A stretch of DNA of 54,197 nucleotides, the filler included, from Catajapyx aquilonaris (lineage: Eukaryota): assembly GCA_000934665.2 (NCBI GenBank). It is 2 parts of 2 records of this genome, joined end to end, with 100 filler letters (N's around TTAATTAATTAA, not from the genome) between each part and the next. Parts side by side here need not be neighbours in the genome. Positions count along the whole stretch, not along the records: positions 27,114 to 54,197 come from JYFJ02005130.1; 1 more part is not named here. The stretch is one strand, 5' to 3'. Below, one piece after another: positions 35,801 to 47,900 of the stretch (position 1 is the stretch's first letter; the number at the start of each line of letters is the position of its first letter). The notes under the pieces were generated by a model, which was not told where the DNA came from, made no database searches, and saw only the letters and a program-made list of their open reading frames with translations. A program made the position numbers and the translations under genes.

Positions 35801-37161
35801 GTTTGTACACCACAGTCATGCTTCTGAATTTAGTTGACATACGCATTGATAAAATTCTTGCGAATGGTCGCATCAGTTGCCGCATCTCAACATTTGGCAT
35901 AATTGAGTGGTTGAGAGCAAGAATGGCGTATGCCACTCAATGGGCCAGTGTCGCAGACTAAATGCATATGTTGGCATGCATTACCTGAATGAAAAGAGCA
36001 CCCAAACTTTCCGATTAACATTGAGGAGATAGGCAATTGAAACTTTCATACTGGTTTTATTTACTTTTGTTTCTAATGTGGCATACACCATTTTTGTTCT
36101 CAACCACTGAACTTAATTATAGTCTACAGTTTACTGGAACACCTGTCAATACGTCTACATACAGGCAGTTTTAGCATAGTTCTAGTCTTGCACTGAACCA
36201 GCCCGTAAGTCAGTGGTAACCAACCTGTGGGTCGCGAAGCCTTTTCCGGGGGGGCAGCACGTAGCCGTGGTTATTTTTATCAATTAAAAAAGAAACTTTA
36301 CGGGATATTTCATCGTGACAGTTTACAAATACTCCGGGAGAGGGTGGTTGGGGTTTTACTTGGCTATCATAAAAGAGGGGTCGCGACCCGAAAAAGGTTG
36401 GGAACCACTGCCTAAGTAGCACAGGACACTCCTGGATGCATCAGCCCTTGCCAATAATCATTGACACATCCATAGGACTAACACTGCCCATGTGTAGACT
36501 GATTAAGTGGGCTTTTCCAATGAGTAACCTACTGCAGGGCAGGCTGACCATGAGTGTGTTGCCAATATGGCCACATTGTGATTGGAAACTTGCTCCATGC
36601 TTCCATGGGCCATGCTCCTGTGTGGGGGGATGTGACAATATTCTCGGGAGCCCTTGTGCAGAAAGGTGCACACGATGCCCCCTCCACCCGAACATCCTTC
36701 GTCCTGCACACGTCACTAGTAACTTACATCACACATTCCACCACTTTCCGTATAGGCCTATAGGCATATTTTGGGTGCGTGTGTGTTTCCTCCCATTTTT
36801 CTAAAACTCGTCGGAGAACTCTTTGCCTGGGGGCCCCTTGCGCACAACCTGCACTTGTGGTAATTAGCCATGCTCACTCTTTCACCCTTCCCTTTGCGCC
36901 CAACACTAGGTCGAGGAACAGGCAGGTAGGCATGGTTCTAGCTAAGCGTGGTGGTTGGTCTCTCTCACCGTCCTCTGGCCTCCTGAAGTAGATGAACGCG
37001 TTCCCGATGCTTGCTCCGGAGTTGAAGTCCCTGCAGACCCTGATGGAGTCCACCTGCCCCACCGGACTGAACTTGGCGAAGAGCTGCGCCTCGGTCACCC
37101 CAGGGTCCAGCTCCGTGACGTACACGGCCGCCTTCGGGTCCATGCTCCCGCTCGATTGCAT
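32068..37161 (-). CDS. Divergent cytoplasmic poly(A)-binding protein-like (4 RRMs plus Q/H/Y-rich tail, no MLLE found); terminal exon uncertain
   Basis: Exons 37161-36969, 34767-34580, 34463-34122, 34062-33949, 33875-33426, 32985-32566, 32217-32068; all GT-AG and in frame (619 codons). PABPC signatures [133 protein letters not shown]. Stop is in one of several candidates (31745-31722, 31740-31681, 31155-31105, or read-through to 32032). Confidence 0.9.
32758..32841 (-). repeat. CAG/CAA trinucleotide repeat encoding Q28
   Basis: 28 consecutive CAG/CAA codons within a larger Q/H-rich exon. Confidence 0.95.
35905..36109. mobile_element. MITE with ~28-bp TIRs
   Basis: agtggttgagagcaagaatggcgtatgccac / gtggcatacaccatttttgttctcaaccact. 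Confidence 0.7.
36211..36410. mobile_element. hAT/Charlie-like MITE
   Basis: TIRs cagtggtaaccaacct / aggttgggaaccactg with internal gggtcgcga motifs typical of Charlie-type MITEs; imperfect flanking duplication ccgtaagt / cctaagta. Confidence 0.75.
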
Positions 37162-37678
37162 ATCTCACAGCACCTGGCTCTCCTCCTTGTGCGTGTGGTG
37201 GTGGGGCCCTACTAGTAACACACCGGCTGGAGTCGTGTGTGCCTTCTTCCTTTTCAGGTGGCTGACCCCCTGTGCTCTTGTGTCCCGCCGGCAGGAGTTC
37301 GAGCCAAGGGGAGGGGGGGGATGGGTGGAGTGGCGAGAGAGAGCGAGAGATGGGGCAGTGTCCCTCTGGAGGGGCGGGGGGGGTGTGTCGCCCTTTAGTG
37401 GGCCTTGGAGAGAGAGAGTGCGGAGGAGGAGGAGAGGCGCGAGAGGAGGATGACCCAAAGGGGGCAACACCACGCGAGAGGGTGCTTCGGCAGCTATAGT
37501 CAGCAGCGGAGTGTGGTAGAAGTCGAGGCGGTCACGTCACACTCCATCCGGATGCCATCTTGGAAAAATATTCCTCCCTCCCCTCCCCTCCCTTCCCCTA
37601 CCCCCCTCCCCTCTACTACTACTACTCCCTCCCTCCCTCCCTCCCCTCCATCCCCCTGATGGGCCCATTCTCAAGGAG

Positions 37679-37920
37679 TGACGTCACTTCCCACTTTGCA
37701 CGTATCGATATCGACGATGTATCGATATCGACGATGTATCGATGCACCCAAATATTGTGGTGGGGCCACAGTGGCCTTCGCACGGTCTTCGGATCATCGT
37801 GGGACGTTGGTTGCAGCAACAGGGGGGTCAGAATCACGCCGGATGATTATTTTTACATGTTAAATGCGTTTAAAAGAAATAGAAGGGAAAGCGGGATATT
37901 TTATGCGGGTGGTGACGTCA
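37679..37920. promoter_or_regulatory. Candidate upstream regulatory motifs of the PABP-like gene (CRE x2, DRE array)
   Basis: TGACGTCA at 37679-37686 and 37913-37920; TATCGATA at 37703 and 37720 plus TATCGATG at 37737 in a 17-bp tandem repeat; upstream of GC-rich exon 1 region. Confidence 0.5.
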
Positions 37921-38929
37921 TTGGAGGGGATCATCATGGTACAGGTGCACGCCGACAGAGGCGCGGATGCCTGCTGCATTTTCAAAAATATTGCTTGCAA
38001 CCTGCAACAATGCAACCAGTGTTAATAAGATAATAATCGTCACAATAAGTTATATTGTTGCTTACCTGGAACATATTGTGCTTCTCTGATCACAATAAGT
38101 AGTCGAGGTTAAAGCAGACCTCATTAGATTATTGTCACTTGGACTTGAAGGAAGCCCGCGATAAGGAATGACCCCTACTCCACATCAAGCACAGTGGATA
38201 AGCTGCTGGCAGGAACAGGAGATACTAGAGGGGCGGGCGGCCCATTCGTTGGGTGGAAGTTGCAGTGTGAGCCAGCTACACTTGGAGCAGTCTAATAAGG
38301 GACATCAGGACTGCAGGTCATCCAGCCGATCCTTATACTTATACCATTGCTTCTACGCACGTCAATTGTAAATATTCTGGCAAGGGATGTTGACCCATAT
38401 GTCATCCTGACAAGTCACAACGAGATGTGTCGCTTCCGGATGATGCAACCCTTGGAGGCTGCATCAAATGCTGGAGTTGTCGGGTAAGATCATTCGTGCA
38501 TTTTGTGGTGGCTTTTCAGGTTGTTGCTGAGATGTCTTCTCCAGCAAGATTGATGTGAAGGACACCGTTAGTGGAAAAGGAAAAGACATCACATCTAGCA
38601 GTATTCATGGCAGAACCCAAGACATTTTTGGGTCACGCGTCATTCTCACAAGCGACCAAAGTCCACTGAGCCTTCAGCTCTTCCTTTCAGTGTGTCCACT
38701 GCAAGGAAGGCCTCAAGGCTTTTGAGTTATAGCTCAAGTGGTGTTTGCTTTTTAAAAAGACAAGGCTGCCAGAATATAGTGAGAATACTACGCGTAGGCG
38801 GAGGTCAGTCTTGGCAAATCGATATCCCCTCTAAACTGAATGAGAGAACATCGTCAATCATCAGATTGTTCTTAGTACTTATCATAGTGGTACAGTATTT
38901 ATATGCAAATACACTGTATTAAACAAATA

Positions 38930-39533
38930 TGAAGACGTCACTTGCCGTAGGGTCCAAGTCCACGAGGTGAAATTTTTCAGGAGACTAAAAACTGCATATA
39001 CGCGTAATTTCTCCAGTCAGAGTTTCGCGGTTTATGATGCTCATAGCTCATAGGGCACCATTTTACACACCTAGTGACATAAACATCATCTACTAGAAAG
39101 CAATAGGTCAGAGTCTATTGAAGGTCAAAATCAGTGGACTTGGGCCATTTGGCAAGTGAACGCCCGCAATTTCATGTTGCAAATTTCAGTGGTATAGTCA
39201 CGCCTGTCCATCTCAACACATCATATTCTTAAAGTAGTAGGCCTACTACAGTACAAAGAAAGGTGTAACCAGTTTTATTTCCATCCTTCGTTAATTATTA
39301 TTAACATCGAAAAGAATCTGATTTACGTCCAGTCAGTTGCCAAAGGGCCCAAGTCCAGTAGTAGGCAATGGACTGCAAAATCATAACATTCAATTTTTAG
39401 GCACTAGTTCTGATTGACTTTGGCTTTTCATCTTCACCAGGGCTGTGAAGGCCCGACTCCAAGACTAGGAATCCGCAATGAAACGGTTTTTCGAAATTTT
39501 GGGACTTGGGCCATTTGGCAAGTGACGTCTCCA
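38930..39533. mobile_element. MITE with TIRs and internal sub-repeats
   Basis: tgaagacgtcacttgccgtagggtccaagtcc / ggacttgggccatttggcaagtgacgtctcca; the same motif recurs internally near 39135 and inverted near 39337. Confidence 0.75.
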
Positions 39534-41074
39534 CACATGCATTATACGAGGGTGAATCAATGAATTCTGAACCTGATATAGATGGAGTTGATCTACAATG
39601 ACATGCTTCTATCAACTTGTATAGTGGCACTCATTGGAACCTATATCACCAAGTTTCATTCTGATTGAATCATTCCACCAGGAGTGTGTGACCTTGTATG
39701 TGTGAAAGTGTGGGCCTGCTGCCCTGATAATAATGGACAAACAATCTGATTAAAACTGCTTTATATATAGGGTATAATGAATAGTGTTCAATACAGTGTA
39801 TTTTTGAATGACAAATAGTACCTCAACGCTAAGTTAACCTGTTGAGGCCAGGAAGGCAGGAATGCCATTCTCTATGGTTCTCGTCCCAGTTTTTACAACA
39901 CATTGAAACTTTGTTCTGTACTGAACGTAAATATGGAGCGCCTGAGCAAACCATCTTATCTGCACTAGATAAGAAAATGTGATTTCAGCTGAAACGACTG
40001 GTTGATCTAAAAATTAAAAGTAGGCCAACCGGCATGTGAAATAATATGATGGCCTTACCAGCAATAATCCAGTAACGAGAACCTTCATAATTAACAACAT
40101 ATTGTTATCAATAAAATGTGTTCAAGAATATAACTCTCTTCTTTTAATTTTAATCTGTTTTTTTCGTCCGTCTTTAGATATTGGCACTTGCACCCACCTA
40201 TACAGATAGACTATATGCAACATATGCTCGAATTTATTATTATTTTTTGCATTCATTAAGCTTTTCACATAATTATGCTCCACAATTGTGCTCGTGAATG
40301 CCCCTAGTAGCGTACCTGTATAATTATGTTGATATTTGAAACCATAGAAAAACAACTCGCTTGTATTCCTTTGGCAACCATAATTTATTATGCAGTGCAT
40401 TTTGCAGCTGCACACACACATAAACTGCAAGAATTTTGTCTGGCACGATTGTCGTAGTGTGGGATTGCTATGACATTCGTCTTACACTTCTCTGTAAATG
40501 GTATTGGCGTAAAACCACATCAGGGCCCAGATTCTTCTAAAAATTCGCATGTCGTTGTGAGAGGAAGGTCCGATTAGATGGAGCATGTGTTTATGTGGTT
40601 TTGTACATGTATCACTAAATATCGCCATAATTATAGAAATGTGTTCATTCCATTATGAGAGCCTCATGTTCGTATTGACCCTGCTCAGCACTGCAGCCAG
40701 AAAATAATCGTTGTAGTACAAGTAATTTCCGGAGTAGATGTCCTGCAGATTATGATACACAATTGCATTCTTTATTTTTAAAATCTGCACGTACAGTACT
40801 GTGCATGCAAGTGAATAATATTGCTGTAGCGTGTAGCATTTCATTTGAGCCTTGGAAAATCCCAAAAGGACTTCAGCTGACACGAACGAGAGATAAGAGC
40901 ACCTGGGAAACAAGATAAGCGGCACTGATGTAGGCTGGCAAAGAGGCAAACGTGTCACTCTCCACCTGACGTATAGTGTCAGACGCAGTTGTACTCCGCC
41001 TATGTTGACTGCCAACTAATTGAAATCAATTTTGCCTACTGTACTGTAATAATATTGTTGTTCTCAGGTCAACA

Positions 41075-42880
41075 ATGGCGGAGATGAACATTGAGCTGGA
41101 GAGAAGCATTTTCAACCTGCACCGAGCCGCAACAGAAGGGTCGGTCCAGGTCGTGGTCCAGCTGCTCTTAGCAGTGGAAGATGGGGCAGCCTTGGTGAAC
41201 TCCGAGGACAAAGCTGAGGACGCTTTTTTGCACAAGGCTGAAGAGAGTGGGCTTGTGGAGGCTGGGATGAGGGTGCTGCTGCTGCTGGAGGTCAAGAACG
41301 GGGAGGAAATGATCCCAGCAGAGTTCACCGCCCTGGGGAATGATCACGACGGTATGGCAAAATTCCTGATGGACACCTCCACTGACGTCCACGTGATGGC
41401 TGCCAGCCGGGGCGAGTGTGACGTGAAGAAGTTGCTGGAAGACGGAAATGACGTGAACGGTCCCAACAATGATGTCGCCTTGGTCCTCTTTTGGATCGTG
41501 TCCCCTTTCGGAGCGGACAAGGAAGGGACGAGACAGGCCTTCCTTTATTCCCTCAGGAATGGGGACCCCTTCTCAAGAGACAGGAATGCAGACGAAGCAG
41601 GGCTGATCCAGAAGAGGGTGTGGACACCCTATCCGTCCTCAAGAGTGTCATCTCTTTATGTAAAGCGACATATCCACAAGTTTCTGGATGGAAAGAGGAA
41701 GGTGGGTTGTCATTCCCCACGTCAGCATTTGATAGATTATTAAGTGGGGCAGAGAATTTTGCACTTTGAAACGTACAAGTCACGTCGAATTTTTACTAGG
41801 CTCTTCTTTAATTATTTTTTCCTTAATTTTAGCTGGACATGAAGGAAAATCTGGGTGCCTGCAAGCATGGTATCCTGCCCGAGATTGAAATTTGGGTGCA
41901 CGTGAAAAGGGTGGACATGTTGTATCCGTGATATAGGAATGGGATCCATTTGGCTGCTGATTATGGCCACTCTGATGCGATTTGCTTCCTCCTGGATAGG
42001 ATAGTGGTGGTTGAAGCATTGGATTGCATGTACTGGTACATTATTACTATAGGGACACAGTGCTGCAATGTAAGACCACGAAATCGAATGTCTTCCTCCT
42101 TCTGGAAAGGGTGGCAGATCCAATCAAGAAAGACCAGGCTGGACATACTCCTCATCGAGATTTTGGTACCGTACATGTAGGCTTTAGTTTATAAGTCGGG
42201 TACCTAATATTCATAGTGGCACAAAATTCAGAGCAATTTGAATTGTACATCTGAAAAGCCAATGGCTGCACGACGCTTTCGCATATTAAATCTGTTTCTC
42301 AGGATGAGAGCATTTCCCGCTGTATAGTGTTGGACATTAATCGAGGCATACAGCTAGCGACATTTTCCGAAGCGGCAGAAGAAGGAATCTTCCTCACCCG
42401 GCTTGAAGTATCCTTATCTTCGACTCATTCTTCTGCCGGTTCGGAAAATGTCGCTAGCTGTATGCCTCGATTCGCCTCGATTAGTGGGCCCACTAGCCTA
42501 GACCAATGTCCAACACTGTATTGTGACATGAAGTAATTCTCATTATTTTGTATTCCTTTACAGATGAAGGACAAATTTCTGGTTGTCAGCATGGGATCAG
42601 ACCTGAAACACAGGAAGGACACCTGTCCACATGCGACCTTCTGATCAGGAAAGTTGCCATGTACACTACAGAGCGCCTATAGGAGACAGCCCATCCACTG
42701 CGCCTCTGAGGAAGACCTCTGATTGGACAACACTTCACTGTGTGGTATATGGTATGAATTGTATGGTACAACATACCTGAACTGGTTCGCTTCCTACTAT
42801 ACGATGGAGAGGACAGGGTGGCCAGAAGAAATGAAACGAGATGACGACACGTCGACACCAAAACAGAAATGTAATATATG
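41075..42880 (+). pseudogene. Degenerate ankyrin-repeat gene
   Basis: ORF 41075-41743 has ANK-like segments LHRAATEGSVQVVVQLLL, LVNSEDK..DAFLHKA.ESG.VE, HVMAASRGECDVKKLLEDGNDVN; downstream fragments in shifting frames with stops: GIHLAADYGHSDAICFLLDR, LLLERVADPIKKDQAGHTP, YRRQPIHCASE, GTTYLNWFAS. Confidence 0.7.
42323..42520. mobile_element. Tc1/pogo-type MITE with long internal hairpin
   Basis: Ends tatagtgttggacatt / aatgtccaacactgta; internal 45-bp arms 42339-42383 and 42428-42472 with one mismatch. Confidence 0.75.
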
Positions 42881-44841
42881 CACAAGATGTAATAAAATGA
42901 GATGTTTTTAGAAGGCTTTGTTGATGTCATGTTGTGTATGATCTGTAAAATTATTAGCCTTATCAATTTATCATATATGTATGTATGTTTAACAAAGTGC
43001 ACTATACATTGTTTATCTGCGGGGCATGTGGGGAGGTGGGCTTGGAACTACAATTACTGTGGATAACAGTACAATCTTGGGGAGCATCCATTTCTCTTGG
43101 TGATGCTACGATTCCTTTATTTCTCGCAGGCTCTGGTAGTCTGATTGTTGGACTGCACATACATATCCATAGCGCCAGTTTTTCTCAACAAGATGGTAAC
43201 GAGAATATGACCAGGTTACAAGCTGTGAAGAATCCATTTATTATTATTGTTGCGTCCCTGCACTTGTTAGCTATGACAGCAACGAGCTCATAGCGGACCA
43301 TTTCCCAGCAGCATTTTCAAGATCAAGCTCTCATATCATTGTAAGTTGATCTCACTACGTGATCTCGCTAACTCAGCTACGACGTAACCTATTCGACTTA
43401 AACCTCTCCTTTATTTTTTCCCTGACCTACGGGGCTACAGGTCACTCCATGGTAGTAGTAGGCTATACTTTCAGTCATGTCCGACTATATTATTTCTTTT
43501 TGTTGTCACTAAGTTGGTTATTTTGTAGCAATTGGTTGCAGAGAGTCACTTATTCTGAAATGTATTTCTGATGAGCCCCTTGGAACAATAATTGGCATCT
43601 CATGCCAGTGACAGAAGTCAATTTGTGCATGCCAGATACATTTGCAGACATTTATTTAAAATAGATTGGCATACTTACATAAGTAATATAAGCAGCTAAT
43701 ATACGTATTTTGATAACAGTAAAGATTAATGGCTACCAATACGCAACTTAATGCTAACCTAGCCAGCATAATATTATAGTCAGGCATGCATTTCGGATCA
43801 CCCTGTATTATGACATTCTAAATACTCGTTCATATACCCGTTTTTATGGAGAACAAGTATGCTGCAAAATAATCAGGACTAACGAGATGGGGACTATTAA
43901 AAGGCTGAAGAAAGAGCCCAAAGATATAGGAACAACCCAGAATTTAACTTTCATACAGTATAATGGCGTTACGAGATGAATATCTACAGTAGAAGTGATT
44001 GTAGATTATACGTACTCATCGGGTCAAATACACCACCACCACCACCACCACCATGCACCATCCATCAGTCACATTCGAAATAGCTATAAGGGCCACTGGT
44101 GGTGTCATTGTCACGCACGAAAGAGTTCCTATATTATAAGCCTGCAAATACACCGACTCCACCTGCAGTGGCATGAAAGGACTGGAATAAGTGAAATAAT
44201 TACACTTTGTTGTGACGACATGAACTGTAGCGGAAAATGGGGAGTGGTTGTCACCAGCTTGTTTATAAGAGCATATAGTGACATGCGACTGTATACTACT
44301 CATCATAGTTTCTCGGCCAGACAAAAGGGCATCGGACCTGACAGGCATTTACCACCTGAATTCGCAAACCTATACACAGTATAGCATGGATAGTGCGGCT
44401 CTGACGCAAATGTCTCGTACTCTTGGAGGCAACCGGAAGAAGAACCTTAGATTGTTAGAAGAATACGAGGACCTGCAGCTGCTTCGTCAGCCAATCACTT
44501 GAAGCTGATTATTATTGGCTCATTGCTGATGCCATGTAACACCTGGCGCGTTATACCTGCGGAATATTGTCCGAAGCAATATTTTTTGGTTCGGTTTCCT
44601 GTAATGGTGCTAATGAATCCCACCAGGTTATAATATAATTATTATCATGCCAGCCGATATTCCCCTTGCCTGATGAGTTTATGCCTGACACTGACAGTAA
44701 GTATGAGAGAAGACGACGAGGTCAACATTATACTGTAACTCTGTAGTCTTCTGAAATTGCTGAAATTGAAAGCATGCTACACAATATATTCTGATGGGAA
44801 AATATGGCCATATCGTCCTGCTGCTGGGAAGCACGGAGAAT

Positions 44842-44948
44842 AATTATACTATACCAGCAGCATACCTATAGGTATGCTGCTGGTATAGTATAATTGTCAG
44901 TAGGTCTACTCGTCACTGTATACAGTGACGAGTAGACCTACTGACAAT
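44842..44948. repeat. Two abutting perfect palindromes (54 bp and 56 bp)
   Basis: 44842-44895 aattatactataccagcagcataccta|taggtatgctgctggtatagtataatt; 44893-44948 attgtcagtaggtctactcgtcactgta|tacagtgacgagtagacctactgacaat. Confidence 0.97.
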
Positions 44949-47900
44949 ACTGAAATGACCACATGCGGACCAACATTGCTCGCAACTCCTCACCATAGCT
45001 CATTTTTATTGGCAAGTGGACTTTGAAACATACTTTAGCTAAGAATCCCTGCGCTATAAATTAACAGTGTTTAAAAACCTGTATAGATATGAGAGTGAGA
45101 GATACATATTATGATCATACTCTATAGTCTATACCACCGATTTACATCACCTTTGAAGCCTGTAAAAGGTCGAGGTTTGGAAGCAATGTATTCAGAGTAT
45201 GTGCATACTGACAGACAGCAAAGATGGAAGCAACGCATTTTGCACGGCTACAAAAGCCTATATACTCGGTTCAGGAACATAACGACCGAGTCTATGTGCT
45301 CATTACTGACATAGGCATCAGCAGGAAATCCAATGACTGGACTGCATTATGTTGTAATGTAATATTCAGCTGTGAGACATGATTGTCTCCAAGGCAGCCA
45401 CGCACTTATATTATACAAGAGTAATATTATGTCACGTCTACTCAGCATCTATACTCAGCCACGGCACCGACCAACCATTCTGACATGTGCCACGACAAAA
45501 AGTGCAGATGTTCGTCACTGGCGAGATAAAATGGGAGTGGACCATAACAGCATTTCAATGTCTATAACTAAAATAATTGTAACTGTGGAGAGAGTCTATA
45601 TTAATCAGAATTATGGCCTACTTGGCATTATGTAATGAAACGTTTTCTGATGCAATCTAAGATTATCATAATCAAATGCCGGACATCACCAACTCTTACG
45701 TAATATTATTTTAAGTGTCACTTTAGATCCAACTCAGACTTTAGACACACCAACTCAGACGGGCCATATCGATGTCCCAGAACCACAAACAAGTGAGGCT
45801 ACTCAAGAAGGCAGCAGGGGGTGAGAACGCCTATGCTACAACCTCCTGGCGACTGCACATGTTACCTGTAACCTTTGACCTGGAAATAATTATATTGTCT
45901 GCCACACACAGTGGCGTAACGTATTCCTGATGTGATGGAAATATTAACTAGTTATATTATTCGCACAAAATCAAAATCACTACTACCTTTCGACAGCTGG
46001 TATATATGTAGGTTGGAGCCTCTACAAACCCGTATAGTCTACCGAAAATGGATATGAATAGGCCTTTTGAATCAAGTGACACCGTGATTTTGTTGCGGGA
46101 CAGGAGAGGCTGGGGACTAAACCCAATATTGGTGCAATATGATGGACTCTTGTCCGCCGCAATGACAGCACCCAAGCTTTACGTCGCCCCAATACAACAA
46201 CAATTAACCACAATAAGCAACAATCAGATGCTGAAGAAATAGAAAACTGATAATGCTTTTACCAGTAAATAATATTGTGGGATACGCCAACAATGTTTTT
46301 AATCTGAATTATTATACATATTAATCCATATACCGATATACGCAACTGCTGCTGAGCTGATGGACGGGTGCTGACCTGAGAAGTTGAGGTGCAGTTTATG
46401 GGGGGGATAAAGAGAATTTGGGAGTAAAGTTCTCGCTAAGTAACAACTGCAGAACCGATTTTTGGGGGTGTGTAAGTGTAACTGACCTCTCTCTTACACA
46501 TGTGTGCTGTACTTTTCCCATACGGTATTCTTAATGTAATATTTTTAAAAAGTCATTTGCATTCGGGAGTAATTTACGCCGTCGTAAAATTTTAAGTCAT
46601 GTCGTAACAAGCACCAAAAAATGCGTAAAAATGAGATGCTCCGGACCCGTGAAGCCGATTTTTATATTTAGCAATATAACCTTTCGTCAAACATTATTAT
46701 GTCAAAATTTGACTGATTTGAGAACTACGATAAGTTGGGGGAACCCTAATTTTCACGGTTTTCACTGTCTCTAAAGGGAATGGCCAACCGCAAACGCGAC
46801 CCTTCTTTTGTGTAGGGAGGGTGGGATCGAGTGTCTCGTCCTCTTTCGGCCAGAATTGGAACTCGAAGAAGTCCGGATTTTCGTTATCCCGGCCTTCAGT
46901 TCAATAACAACGACGCAAGACCAACAGCGGGATATACAGTTATAACTTACGTATAATACGAGGCGAATTTCATTTCAATGTCCCAAACTCAAGCTCTGAC
47001 CAAACATCGCAGGATGTTAGTATAATAAGGAAGAGTAAGTTATGACAACCGAATTGCCAAGGCAGCAATCCTCTCCGATGATATAGAAGAAGCCAAGCAG
47101 ATTATATAGAAGAGAAGGAGAAGTATCAATCCGACAATTCCAAAACTGTTTCGCTGTTACAGGCATTTAAAAATGCGGTATTTGCCTAGGGGTAAATGCA
47201 ACTAGGTACGTACGATATATACCAGACCCTCCAAGGCAGCAGCATAGACGAGGTCACCCATGAGTTCCAGGAAAGTCACACTGCGATGTGACCTGATATT
47301 ACACTGGAGACAAGACCAACATGATCAGAAACCCAGACTATTTATTCCTAACCAGCTTCTATCGTTACAACTACGATCTATCGTAACAATTCTATCTATT
47401 CTATCTATCATTCTATCAATCGTTCTATCAATATTCTATCTATCGTAACAATCGCCCGCCCTCTGTTACAACCGCCGGGGTCGGTTGTAACACTCTGCCT
47501 ATAGCCTTGGAAAAATATTTATTAATCTATCAATTTTCAATCTTAAGAGTTTATTATGATAATTTGACAAAGAGGAATGTTGCTTTATTTCCCCCAAGTC
47601 AACAACCTCGGCCTAAAATAATGCGTATATGCAACTGAATTGAAAAATGCAGACGTGTTACAACCGACACAGATCTCCCTTATACTCCGCTATGAATACA
47701 CCACGTGCTTATTCCTAAGTATTTCTTCAGTGATTTTCAGCAGTCTTACTGACTGTGAGACACTGTGTTTCTGCAGCATGCAACGCCAAATATTACTGCA
47801 TGTGAACAGTCAGGCCACCTCAAGTGCCATATAGAATATTACAATCATTGCTTACACAGGCGTTCTTTTTTTCGCAGCTGGACAAGGAATGGATGCAATA

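Noticed and set aside
37703..37744. CRISPR-like or other prokaryotic repeat array
   Set aside because: Contiguous tandem repeat without spacers in a spliced eukaryotic locus; no cas genes.
39545..39575. Additional mariner element starting tacgagggtgaatc
   Set aside because: TIR-like start only; no partner TIR or transposase remnant located.
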